Made by a program: the position numbers and the translations under genes
Notes under the pieces: model-generated
Database searches by the model: none
What the model was told of the DNA's origin: nothing
The model's input: the letters and a program-made list of their open reading frames with translations, nothing else
Part shown: one piece after another, positions 53,728 to 64,000 of the stretch
Numbering within the stretch: position 1 is the stretch's first letter
Layout of the letters: each line of letters starts with the position of its first letter
IMG/VR virus record: IMGVR_UViG_3300021514_000002
Location: 128,001-192,000 of that record
Strand: one strand, 5' to 3'
DNA: 64,000 bases
Source: a virus
Taxonomy: Duplodnaviria > Caudoviricetes

Positions 53728-54060
53728 ATGAAAACAAAAGAAACGATAGCACCCTTTACAACTGACGGATGTTCTGGTGGAATGTCATGGTTGTATAATA
53801 ATCTTTTTCATAAAGAATTACCATGGCGTGATGTTTGTGTAAAACATGACAAAGCGTATTGGCAAGGTGGAACTAAAAAAGAACGACGAGATGCAGATAT
53901 TAAATTACTGTGTGGTGTTGCGAAATCAGGATATCCTATTATTGGATCACTAATGTATGTAGCAGTTCGTTTTGGTGGACATTGGATATTCCCTACGCCA
54001 TATAGATGGGGTTATGGTTGGAAGTATCCAAAAATGTATACAAACAATTTAAAACTGTAA
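53728..54060 (+). CDS. Prokaryotic phospholipase A2-like protein
   Basis: TDGCSGG..CVKHDKAYWQGG..R..AD..L..V..MY.AVR.GG. Confidence 0.55.
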   Translation: MKTKETIAPFTTDGCSGGMSWLYNNLFHKELPWRDVCVKHDKAYWQGGTKKERRDADIKLLCGVAKSGYPIIGSLMYVAVRFGGHWIFPTPYRWGYGWKYPKMYTNNLKL

Positions 54061-54164
54061 AAACTGTAATGGTCACCTTTTGAATAATTAGGTTACAAAA
54101 TTAAAAACGCAAACCGAACCTCCTGAAGTGTGAAAAAGGGTTCTTAAATGATGAGGAAAGTAAG

Positions 54165-55959
54165 ATGAGTAATAAAGACGATTTTGGAATGTCACCAGCG
54201 GCGCTTGCTGCTTTGTTAACTGGCGATTATAAAAATGCAATGGTAGCGACAATTCCGGGTGGTATTGAAGCACAAGAGGCACAAGGTCAGAAAGACTTTG
54301 TTGCTTCCGAAACATTGCCTATTAATTGTCCACGCGAACGACTAGAAAGCCTTGGATTTGTTTTTGGCGAAGCCGTTGATGAGCTCTTTAACGATGTACA
54401 ATTTCCAGAAGGTTGGACGAAAACGCCGACTGAACATTCCATGTGGTCTGACTTGTTAGACGAACAAGGTCGCAAACGCGGCAGTATTTTCTACAAGGCG
54501 GCGTTTTATGATCGTAGTGCACATATGAGCCTTAATCATAAAATGTCATACAGTCCAGTATATGAACACCACGATGGTTATGTAGAAAATGGCATACAGT
54601 ATTTCGTATCAGACGGCAAAGATATTTTATATGAAACAGAACTTGTAATGGTGGAAAAGAAATACGAAGGCGATTACTGGAAGCTGGACGATGCAGCATC
54701 AGCTAATGTCGTACAATGGCTTGAAGACAACTACCCCGATTATAAAAATCCTTTAGCATACTGGGATTAAAATATGAGATGGAATGTATTTTATGGTATA
54801 GCAGGGATGTATATTTTTATTAGCGCTCTGGAAAATTTAATATTGCAATTCGCGGATGGTATACTTGGGCGGGAACAAACGCTAGATATTTTAAATACAC
54901 ATTTAAATGAAATGTCCCAACAGGTATGGATCTTACCATGGGCATTGTTTTTCATTAGTCTTGGTATAATAATATGGGCATTGTTTTTTAGTAATAAAGA
55001 AAATGAATAATGCAACCGACATTATAAAGGATTGGAATCGTGAACATTCTGGAAGAGATAGTTCTGTATTTGTTGATAGGTTAGTTATTGGCGGTTTGAC
55101 TAATGACCAAATCGTAACAGTTCTTCAGGTTCTTGAAAGCGTATGCCATGAATGTTGGGACGATGATCTTGATTGTCACTGTTGGAATGACGAATGAAAG
55201 AAATAACAGCATATAAATGTGAATATTGTAATATGGTCAGTATGTATAAAGGCCATACCAAACGACATGAACGCGATCATTGTAGGAAAAGTCCTGAGCG
55301 CAGATGTTGTGGTCTATGTGTATATCTTGATAATGATCAGCAAACCATTTACAATCCGATTCATGGTGGAAACCCAGGTTCAACAGACTATGAAATAGAT
55401 AGTTGGTGGTGTAAAGAGTTAGATATGGATCTTAATGATCGTGAACTGAATGCGAATAATGAATGCGAATGTTTCATTTCCAAAATAGTAGTAAATACAA
55501 ATAAAACATAATTTGTAGGAGAAGTATCATGTTAGAGCAAGCTAAATTTTTTATTGAAAAAGTAAATGAAGAAAATAGAAAATGTTGGGGATTTGCGAAA
55601 TATTGTACAAATGTATTAACGTTTCCCATTGTTTTAACAGGTACTCTGCTTGTAATAATAAGTACAGGATTTAAACATGTTGAAGATAGTATTGACATAT
55701 TAATAAGATTTATATTTAGATAACCAGATAGGAATAAAATAAAATGGTGTATGAAACAGACGAATACAGTAACTTACAAAAAGTTGAAGAAAAAGTTAGT
55801 TGTGCTGCACCTGCTACAGTAAGCATCAATCTCGACGATGTTAAACGCATGGCTGGTTTTATAAATGATGCACTACAACCCAAAGTTACATATACAGAAG
55901 ATATGAGCGGGATGCGGGAAGCGGGAAGAAGCAGAACGTGTTTCAAGGCAAAGTATTAA
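54165..55959 (+). other. Hypothetical CDS (54165-54770, 54774-55010, 55003-55197, 55194-55511, 55529-55723, 55744-55959)
   Basis: Coupled co-directional ORFs. Confidence 0.65.
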
Positions 55960-56005
55960 AATGGTACGCGATATTTTAGCGCGATATGTATCACCAAAGT
56001 ATTAA

Positions 56006-56725
56006 TTACCAGATAATGGTTGATGTTGTTCCCGCCGCTAATCGTTCCACTGCTACATTATAATATTCATCATCTTTTTCAATACAAATATATTGGCGAT
56101 TGAGGTCACGAGCTGCTGCTGCGGTTGTTCCTGAACCACCAAAACCATCAAATACTACGTCGCCTTGTTTAGAATGTTTTTCAATACATTGTTTAATTAA
56201 GTCAAGTGGTTTTTGGTTCTGGTGTAATTGGCTTGCGCCAACAACCTTATCAAATTCCCAAACGTCCTGTATGCGCTTGCCTTGTATCGGTGCATTGCCT
56301 TTATTAACTAATATGATAAATTCATGTTTTTTACCAAACGCGTGCACAAGGTCACCCGCAGTATGATTATTCTTAATCCAAACAATAATGTTGCGAACTG
56401 TAAATAAATTTTCCAATTCATTTATAAAGAATGCTACTTTGTTGGAATTACAAAACATATACATTGCAGTATCTGGTTTCATGATACGATAACATTCTTC
56501 AATATATTTAGATATTAGATCAGGATCATCATCACCATCTATTGTTGTGGAAAATTTATGTTTTACATCTTCCCTGTTAACGCTATATTTGTCAGCCTTA
56601 TTATTTCTACGGCCTGTTTTGTAATCCATGAGATATGGGGGGTCGGTTACAACAAGATCAATAGATTCGTCTTCCATCGTTGCCATGTGTTCAAGACAAT
56701 CCGCGTGTATTAATTCTTCTGTCAT
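56006..56725 (-). CDS. Amino (N6-A/N4-C) DNA methyltransferase, beta class
   Basis: VVTDPPY; HQNQKPLDLI; VFDGFGGSGTT. Confidence 0.9.
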   Translation of the reverse strand: MTEELIHADCLEHMATMEDESIDLVVTDPPYLMDYKTGRRNNKADKYSVNREDVKHKFSTTIDGDDDPDLISKYIEECYRIMKPDTAMYMFCNSNKVAFFINELENLFTVRNIIVWIKNNHTAGDLVHAFGKKHEFIILVNKGNAPIQGKRIQDVWEFDKVVGASQLHQNQKPLDLIKQCIEKHSKQGDVVFDGFGGSGTTAAAARDLNRQYICIEKDDEYYNVAVERLAAGTTSTIIW

Positions 56726-56822
56726 TCTTTTTCCAATATTCTTTTTGTTATATGTGCATTATATATGATTTCTTACGAGTCGTCAAGTTGACTTTGTGGT
56801 AATGCCGTGTTAAGATTAACAC

Positions 56823-57467
56823 ATGGATACTACTAACAATTATGAAGTTCAAAGAAAATGGTCAGATAATCTAATACCACAAGTTGCTCCGTTGATTCTT
56901 AGTGCATTAAATTGCGATCCTGTAATTTGGCGAATAGAAATCACCACCCCCGAAGTAGATATGAAAGAGGCAGCCGATTTAATATTAACCAATGGAAATG
57001 AATCTTTTTATATTGCACTAAGATTGCGCAATGAGCATTACATGATTAATTTTCCATTCGATTTTACAATTCGACGGGAATATACGCAAGGCTACAAAAC
57101 TGAATATGAAAAAGTTTTAGTTGATGGCTTCGCCGATTTAATGTTTTATGGATTTAGAGTTAATAACATTGTGGTGCGTTGGGTGTTATTGCATATGGAT
57201 AGTTACCGTGATGAACACTTCTTTGATAAAGAAACACAAACATGGTTACCAAAGAACTATATTAATCACGAAATTCGTGAAAACCACGATGGTAGAAATA
57301 ATTTTATAGGTTACGATATTTGTTCTTTCAGAAAACCAAGTCTTATAATAAGCCATAGCCCTGGTTATTATGATGATGTGATAACAAAATGGCTTCCAAA
57401 ATCTAATGGTACTAAAATACCAATGTATACTTTAAAACCTAAAGAGGAAAGAAAAGATGGGAATTGA
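56823..57467 (+). CDS. Hypothetical protein, possible nuclease-fold partner of the MTase
   Basis: DM..AADL..IALRLR..DFTIRR..KTEYEK..G..D.MFYG; divergent from the MTase. Confidence 0.4.
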   Translation: MDTTNNYEVQRKWSDNLIPQVAPLILSALNCDPVIWRIEITTPEVDMKEAADLILTNGNESFYIALRLRNEHYMINFPFDFTIRREYTQGYKTEYEKVLVDGFADLMFYGFRVNNIVVRWVLLHMDSYRDEHFFDKETQTWLPKNYINHEIRENHDGRNNFIGYDICSFRKPSLIISHSPGYYDDVITKWLPKSNGTKIPMYTLKPKEERKDGN

Positions 57468-57992
57468 TTTTTCACACGGGGATGCACACTGGTCGTATAG
57501 TGGATTCAATAACTTTAGAAATAGTTTGGTTAAGACATTAGGTTATACAACATCCTTACACATTATGTACGAAGATGGTACATATGTACGAATGCAAAAA
57601 GAACCAATATATCCATTGATTAACCATTCGGATTGCGATGGTGTATTAACAGTTAAAGAAATGCAACAAGTTCTTCCACAATTAAAAGATATTGTTAATT
57701 GTTGGCCTGAAGGCGACTACGATAAAGTACGGGGGTTGAGTTTCATAGACGGCATAGAAGAAGCTATCAATGAAAATGAATCTCTGGAGTTTATATAATG
57801 AGTCTAGAATCTAATAGATTAGATTTTGAAAAGGTTTTGAAAGATGCAAAAGAAACAATTGAAGAGGTATGGCAATTAGAAAACTCAATAGATATTCTAA
57901 TCAGTCGCGTTGAAACATTGGAAAATAAAAATATCGCATTAGAAGAAAAAAATACATTTTGGGAAGAAACAGCGACAACATATGAAGATTGA
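57457..57992 (+). other. Two hypothetical CDS (57457-57798, 57798-57992)
   Basis: Overlapping ORFs. Confidence 0.65.
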
Positions 57993-58518
57993 ACGCATTT
58001 GGGCAATGCCCAACAAAAATACTTTTGTGATTCCGCCCATTAATTCATTAATTCGCCGACACGTCCATGGAAAGTCAATCGATCCGTTTGCAAATGTCAA
58101 TAAACTGGCAATGATTACAAACGATATTGACCCAATATACCCAACCGATTACCATTTAGATGCTTTAGACTTTTTAAAGACATTTGATGATGAAAATGTT
58201 GACTGTGTTTTATATGATCCACCATATTCGCCTCGTCAAGTCAGTGAAGTTTACACAAAATTGGGTATGACAGTCAATATGGAGACAACACAGGCTTCTT
58301 TTTGGTCAAAACTGAAGAAAGAGATCAGCAGACTCACTAAAATGGATGGTATTGTTGTGGGTTGCGGCTGGAACAGTGGTGGAATAGGCAAAAAATACGG
58401 TTTTGAACTACTAGAAGTACTTTTAGTGCCTCACGGCGGTCATCATAACGATACTATCATTACCGTTGAAAAAAAGGTACAAAAATTGTATAAAAGTGAC
58501 GATACTTTAATAGAATAA
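57982..58518 (+). CDS. Small adenine-specific DNA methyltransferase-like protein
   Basis: SIDPFAN; DALDFL; VLYDPPYSPRQ. Confidence 0.75.
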   Translation: MKIERIWAMPNKNTFVIPPINSLIRRHVHGKSIDPFANVNKLAMITNDIDPIYPTDYHLDALDFLKTFDDENVDCVLYDPPYSPRQVSEVYTKLGMTVNMETTQASFWSKLKKEISRLTKMDGIVVGCGWNSGGIGKKYGFELLEVLLVPHGGHHNDTIITVEKKVQKLYKSDDTLIE

Positions 58519-58817
58519 GGGTGTCTATCCACTAATATCACCCATAATAACCTACTTTCTGTTAAATTGTTGTAAGAATACCCATTTCTTGGCAATTTTG
58601 TATGAATCTTGCTTGTATGTCCGCATTTGGTACTATTTTTTCTACTATTTTAGTTTGAACTTCGCCATCCGATGTAATAATATCATTAAATGTGAGATCG
58701 AAGTCATTAATTAGTTTATATTGCGTTCCCATTACGTTACCTTTTGTATTTTAGATAAGATGAATATATTGTAACCTAATATGAACGCAGAGTCAAGGTT
58801 TAAGGTTACAAAAAATA

Positions 58818-60185
58818 TTAACCGACAGTTTTGCGCTCAATTGCCAATTTTTTATTCATAATAGGTTCAATTTTTGATTGTAGTTGTTTAGTAAACGCTT
58901 CAATTGTACGTACATCTTCTACGGCTTTTAAAGCATTAGTGACAAATGTTCTTACGGATGGATCATTGCCAACCATTAAAAGACGTTGAAGTCCTGCATT
59001 GCTTTTAATATTGTCCTGATCGCCTGCATTGAAAAGAATAGTACCAAGGTCACCCTTTTCATCAAGCGCATCAGCTAAATCAGGATTAGAAATTGCTGAC
59101 AATGCACCGAGTATTTTAACAACAGAGTCTTTTTTGGCAGGGTCTAGTTTTCCAGACGTAATCGTATTCCTAACTTTAACAAGCCATGTAGTAATAGCCT
59201 CGTTAAGTTGTTCTGTTGACATTGACAAATATTCCGTCAAACGGCCAATGTTACCATTAATAATTTCATTTTCTGTTAAAACAGTTTTAGTCTGTTCATT
59301 GATTTGGCATAATAAAGAATCCATTAAAATCTCCTAAGTATGGAGTATTTATACGTTTGTTATTGAACTTGCCACAATTCCCGCAGACAGGTTGCCATCA
59401 ATCCATGCGTAGTAGAGACTGTTTTCTGTATCAAAAGTATGTGGGTTCGTTTTATCTTTATCAAAATACGCGCGCCAGCCTGCATTATACGCAATTTCTT
59501 CTGGCGTTGGCATTGTTGGGGGCAATTCTTGAATATCGTCCATTGTTAATCTCCACGTGAATATGTCCTAAATTATATATTAATTAGGTTACATTGTCAA
59601 GGGTTAATCGTTTATGGAAGATCCTTCTTTCGTCCATGGGCATTAATCTCAGCAGTACGATGACTTATAAAATTATGAAACTCCATGTCTGCCTCTTCCT
59701 TTTTAGAAGAATATTTCCAGTGCGATAAGTTGGGATTTTTCGCCGTAAAGTAAATCCAAATATTTTTAACATTGCGCCTAACATCCTTTGAAAATACACG
59801 AATGATTAATTGCATGATTATTGCCCCAAAAAAAGAAGAAAACATCCATCCGCGAACTGTGAAAAAATAATGGCCACCATAATTGCAATCAGTAAACTTA
59901 TAATTATTTTTGCAAGTAAATCTGAAATAGCAACTACTACTTGAACTGGCAACATGTTAATGTTCATTTTTCTATCCTATTAAAATATTTAGTTTCTTGG
60001 GGATCATCCATCCAATAATCTTGCACTATAGGATAAGATTTAATCGTGTTATATTTCTGCTGAATACGCATTGCATGTTTTCGCAATTTTCGTAATCGCA
60101 AGACATTAAGAATATGTAGAATAGTAAATAGGGTTAATACTAACCCTAGAAAAATTACTGCAATTATTAATATTGTAATATTCAT
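58818..60185 (-). other. Hypothetical CDS (58818-59324, 59349-59543, 59612-59845, 59964-60185)
   Basis: Co-directional ORFs with RBS. Confidence 0.6.
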
Positions 60186-60193
60186 AATATTAC

Positions 60194-61186
60194 CTACATA
60201 TAAATTTCGCTAACGGACTGTCCGTTATTGATCCTTCTAATTGTTTCTGCTAATAATGAGGCGATTGATATAACACGTATCTTACTAGATTTTAATTCTG
60301 TTGATAACGGAATGGTGTCCGTTACGACAACTTCATCTAATACAGAGTTTTCAATATTATCATATGCAGTGCCTGAGAAGACCGCATGTGTTGCATATGC
60401 GGTCACAGATAAAGCTCCACGTTCTTTTAAGGCCGTTGCTGCTTTCGCCAACGTTCCTGCGGTGTCAATCATATCATCAACAACAATACATGCTTTACCT
60501 GATACATCACCAATAACATTCATAACTTCCGATACGTTTGCTTTAGGTCTACGTTTATCGATAATAGCAAGGTCTGCATCGTTTATTTGTTTTGCGATAC
60601 TGCGCGCACGGGCAACGCCACCAGTATCGGGCGAGACAATAACAATGTCGTTAATGTTCTTATGATAATTTCTCCAAATATCACCAATGATTATTGGCGC
60701 TGCAGAAATATTTGTAACTGGAATTGTGAAAAATCCTTGTTGTTGTTCGGAATGTAAATCGACAACAATAAGTTGTGCAACCCCTGCGACTTGTATCATG
60801 TCCGCAACCAAACGTGAGGTTATTGGTGTTCTTGTATAAGAAGGTCGCCTATCCTGTCGCGCATAACCATAATATGGAATAACACCGATGACTTTTTGCG
60901 GCGCAGAACGTCTTACAGCATCCGCCATAATAAGAAATTCCATAAGATTATCATTAACAGGAGCGCATGTTGGTTGAACGATAAAAACATTTTGCATTCT
61001 CACCGTTTCATCCAATTCAATGCGAATTTCGTTATCGCTAAATTTATCGACTTCCACTCTTCCAAGTGGAATACGTAACGATTTAGCAATAGCCTTCGCC
61101 AATGCTGGATTAGCATTACCTGCAAATACTTTAGAATTTCCCAACGCTGTCATTATTATCTTCCTCGTATTCTTCAATATGTTCAT
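60194..61186 (-). CDS. prs: Ribose-phosphate pyrophosphokinase (PRPP synthetase); start probably near 61153
   Basis: VFAGNANP.LA, FSDNE, YYGYARQDRR, DLH, VSPD.GG..RA, IIDKRRP, DDMIDTAGTL. Confidence 0.95.
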   Translation of the reverse strand: MNILKNTRKIIMTALGNSKVFAGNANPALAKAIAKSLRIPLGRVEVDKFSDNEIRIELDETVRMQNVFIVQPTCAPVNDNLMEFLIMADAVRRSAPQKVIGVIPYYGYARQDRRPSYTRTPITSRLVADMIQVAGVAQLIVVDLHSEQQQGFFTIPVTNISAAPIIIGDIWRNYHKNINDIVIVSPDTGGVARARSIAKQINDADLAIIDKRRPKANVSEVMNVIGDVSGKACIVVDDMIDTAGTLAKAATALKERGALSVTAYATHAVFSGTAYDNIENSVLDEVVVTDTIPLSTELKSSKIRVISIASLLAETIRRINNGQSVSEIYM

Positions 61187-61607
61187 ATGCTTGTATTAGC
61201 ATATTGTATGATTCACATGTGACATTAGTTTCTAATTTAATCTTCGTAAATGAAGGGAATATAATTATAATAAATGAATTAGTCAATGTCGCCAACCACG
61301 ATATAAATAACCATGCAGGTGTTGCTTGTAATTCTGGAACTATTGCAAATAATAATATAGTAAGATCAACTAATAAAGTTAGCGTACTAAAATAGAACAT
61401 TCCCTTAGATGCTTGAAAAGATTCTTGTAGTATCGGTATATCTTTTGTTGTCAATATCTCCGATTCTTCTGTATCATCATTTTCCAATAAAACATCATTT
61501 GCGTATGTTAAAAAACGTAAACCCTTTGCATTGTATAACATAATACTAATCATGTACGCGATTGTCATAATATTTGCTAACAATAATATTACTATAAATG
61601 TTATCAA
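61131..61607 (-). CDS. Hypothetical membrane protein
   Basis: Three hydrophobic segments. Confidence 0.65.
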   Translation of the reverse strand: MITFIVILLLANIMTIAYMISIMLYNAKGLRFLTYANDVLLENDDTEESEILTTKDIPILQESFQASKGMFYFSTLTLLVDLTILLFAIVPELQATPAWLFISWLATLTNSFIIIIFPSFTKIKLETNVTCESYNMLIQAYEHIEEYEEDNNDSVGKF

Positions 61608-61777
61608 TTAATAATCCTTTAAATATTAGTATGTAATTCATTATTATATACGATACGTATAAAATGTCAAGAACTTTTAACCTTTGGTGTAATTTCAAAC
61701 TTTTCAGTTGAAGACTTAGTAAACTCCCCAATTCCAAATACGATGATTACAAACACCGTTGGTATTAACATCATCCG

Positions 61778-62206
61778 CTAATATATTTTGTTGGGTTTTA
61801 CCTTTCTGTTTTCATCCCCATGAATCGGGCAATCAGAATTCATTACACTTTCTTCACTACCAATACGATCAGCGTTGTCGAGTTTAGGACATTTACATTT
61901 TGGTACATCAAACCATTGATGCCAATTGCTATCTTTTTTAAATCCCCACAGCTCTTGTTGAAGGAATTCAAGTCTTTCAAACATCTTGGCAAAGTTTTTT
62001 AATGTGGTAATATTATCTGTGCGTTCCATCGCCGCAAAGATTAATGCACGCAATATATGCGTCTCTTTCAACATTTCAATGTTTTCTGATGATACATTTT
62101 GATCACGAGCCATATTACTATTTAAAGTGGTAACATAGTCGCCATTACTAAAGCGAACTTCCATATTTTTTGCGTTGTAAATGTCGTCAGACATAAGATA
62201 CTCCAA
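61778..62206 (-). CDS. Hypothetical protein with Cys/His motif
   Basis: LQ.LWGF..D..WH.WF.VP.C.CPK.DN..CPIH. Confidence 0.65.
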   Translation of the reverse strand: MEYLMSDDIYNAKNMEVRFSNGDYVTTLNSNMARDQNVSSENIEMLKETHILRALIFAAMERTDNITTLKNFAKMFERLEFLQQELWGFKKDSNWHQWFDVPKCKCPKLDNADRIGSEESVMNSDCPIHGDENRKVKPNKIY

Positions 62207-62295
62207 AGTTGTTTATTCAGTAGGAGTAGTTTATATTAAAATAAGTTATAAGTCAAGACTTTTTAACCTAAATAATATATTAGCATATTCTAATA

Positions 62296-63177
62296 TTAGA
62301 AATCTATTAACCCATTGGATTGGTAGCCTTCTAGCCGCTTCTCTATTATATTAATATATGCTTTTTCGCGTTCAATCAAAATAGCGTTTCTTCCTAACGA
62401 TAATGCGGCTTCGCCTGTTGTTCCTGTTCCCCCAAAACAATCCAATACAGTATCGTCTTGATTTGTAGTAAGTGTAACCAACCATTTCATTAACGCCAAG
62501 GGCTTCTGTGTCTGGTGCTCTTTAATTGATTCTTTTCCGCGCGGCTTTTTTACATCAATCACGTTCGATGGATGTGTCAATTCCACAATTGATTCAGTAA
62601 TTACATTATAAGGATGCCTGCCATTTTCATTCATTGTATATGGTTTATCGTCTAAAGCCTTACCATATATCTTCGCATCAGTATCACCACTATATCCAGG
62701 CCTTCCCGGATGTTTGCCAGTTGGTAAACCGGGTAATAACAATTCATCATGGAGAGTTTTAAATTCTTCTTTATATGTAATGCGACATTCTTCTATGTTA
62801 AGCGGCACTGTTTTATGTTTAACGCCAAAGTAAATTGGTTCATGACACGATTTTAAATTTTGTGCTTTGGGCATAGTACTCCAATATACCCATTCAATCA
62901 TATCTCTAGTTTTAAACCCTGCTGTTTCTAATCCACAAGCCATCCAATGGTACGTTTTGGTACATCCAAATGATAATAAGTTTCCAGACGGTTTTAAAAT
63001 ACGGTACGCTTCTTTGCCCCATTCATTACACCAATCACTGAATTCTTTATTGGAAGGCCAAGTATCCCACTTGTCCATTCCCAAGTTATATGGTGGATCG
63101 ACAATTATGGCATCGACGCTATTGTCTTCAAGTGTTTTTAATTGTTCAATCACATCACCATGAAGAAGCGTTAACAT
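62296..63177 (-). CDS. Amino (N4-C/N6-A) DNA methyltransferase, beta class
   Basis: IIVDPPYN; HQTQKPLALM; VLDCFGGTGTT. Confidence 0.9.
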   Translation of the reverse strand: MLTLLHGDVIEQLKTLEDNSVDAIIVDPPYNLGMDKWDTWPSNKEFSDWCNEWGKEAYRILKPSGNLLSFGCTKTYHWMACGLETAGFKTRDMIEWVYWSTMPKAQNLKSCHEPIYFGVKHKTVPLNIEECRITYKEEFKTLHDELLLPGLPTGKHPGRPGYSGDTDAKIYGKALDDKPYTMNENGRHPYNVITESIVELTHPSNVIDVKKPRGKESIKEHQTQKPLALMKWLVTLTTNQDDTVLDCFGGTGTTGEAALSLGRNAILIEREKAYINIIEKRLEGYQSNGLIDF

Positions 63178-63923
63178 TTTGTGTTACCTATTGGTTTATT
63201 ATAAAATGGTATTCCAGTATCATAGGCATCATATAATTGTTCAACTGTTATTATTAATTTGCTAAAAGGTTCGCCCTTAATAATTCCTACAATTGGCAAC
63301 TCGAGGGGGGTGACGTATCCTTCCGTTTTTTGATCTGCTTGTTGTTCACGTAATTGAATTTTGGAGGGATTATATTTCGCTGGGCTTGTTGAGGGGTTTA
63401 TTTTATTACTTTCTATCATATGAAATACCACAGCATCCATGTATATTAATGCACCTATCATATAATCAAATTTGGCAGGTTTTACGTGTTGATACATTGT
63501 AGAACCTTTACATGGATTAGTAGGGTCAAAGCGCAATGCACGCTTTGCAAAGGTTGAAAGGGGCATTTTGTGTTTCGGTTGCATTATACGTGATACTTTT
63601 ATTTCAATTTTATTATTATTGATAAAGTCGTATCCATCGTAATGCGTATCGAGTGGTTTAGATAATCCTAACGTTGCAACAAGGGACTTCTCAGCATGGT
63701 CACCAAATGCTTTAGAATTTTCTTCTAAAAATTCACTAACGTTTGCATACCTTGTTAAGTCATCTACGAGGGTAGCAACTTTACGTGCAATGATATGATC
63801 TATATGGATTAATTCATTTACTGTTTTGTTGTCATTTGTCGTTGTTATGTCTAATAGGATCAATAGTAGCTTTTCATCGATACACAATTCTTCAGCCAAG
63901 CAAGCAAGACTTGTCATCTTCAT
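63171..63923 (-). CDS. Putative PD-(D/E)xK restriction endonuclease
   Basis: FGDHAE..YDGYD..KIEIKVSR..QHVKP..FDY; overlaps the MTase start. Confidence 0.5.
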   Translation of the reverse strand: MKMTSLACLAEELCIDEKLLLILLDITTTNDNKTVNELIHIDHIIARKVATLVDDLTRYANVSEFLEENSKAFGDHAEKSLVATLGLSKPLDTHYDGYDFINNNKIEIKVSRIMQPKHKMPLSTFAKRALRFDPTNPCKGSTMYQHVKPAKFDYMIGALIYMDAVVFHMIESNKINPSTSPAKYNPSKIQLREQQADQKTEGYVTPLELPIVGIIKGEPFSKLIITVEQLYDAYDTGIPFYNKPIGNTKC

Positions 63924-64000
63924 ATGTGTTCCTTTTTTGTGCGTTAATCACACTTATAATTATTATATAAGCAATATATCATAAACACATAAAAAAGTCA

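Noticed and set aside
211-63163. Numerous opposite-strand ORFs in the track (e.g. 2130-2486, 36726-37175, 42329-42772, 60228-60665)
   Set aside because: Shadow ORFs antisense to better-supported genes
1-64000. Stop-codon reassignment (alternative genetic code) as in some large phages
   Set aside because: Recognisable genes (cas, kdsB, prs, MTases) are full length under the standard code

Overview
This 64-kb window looks like part of a large (jumbo-type) lytic phage genome, probably infecting a gammaproteobacterium. The phage call is an inference: there are dense runs of small hypothetical ORFs, several HNH and GIY-YIG endonucleases, four DNA methyltransferases, host-like metabolic genes (kdsB, prs, queC-like) and dozens of near-consensus sigma70 promoters. 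No virion or replication genes lie in the window. The standout feature is a type I-F2 (I-Fv) CRISPR-Cas interference locus on the minus strand: cas3-cas7fv-cas5fv-cas6f plus a 9-repeat/8-spacer array (11513-17267). It has no cas1, its Cas3 appears to lack the Cas2 domain, and it is driven by a phage-type promoter found almost identically at 6933. The 21-46 kb region resembles an early or host-takeover region of single-gene promoter cassettes. It also holds much unexplained non-coding structure: seven perfect DnaA boxes (five in a triplicated promoter-linked unit), strand-biased TGTGA repeats, hairpin-containing promoters, and several candidate structured RNAs, including a tRNA-like RNA with a ~98-nt insertion and a duplicated small RNA. 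Family names come from recognised motifs and recalled sequences, not database searches.
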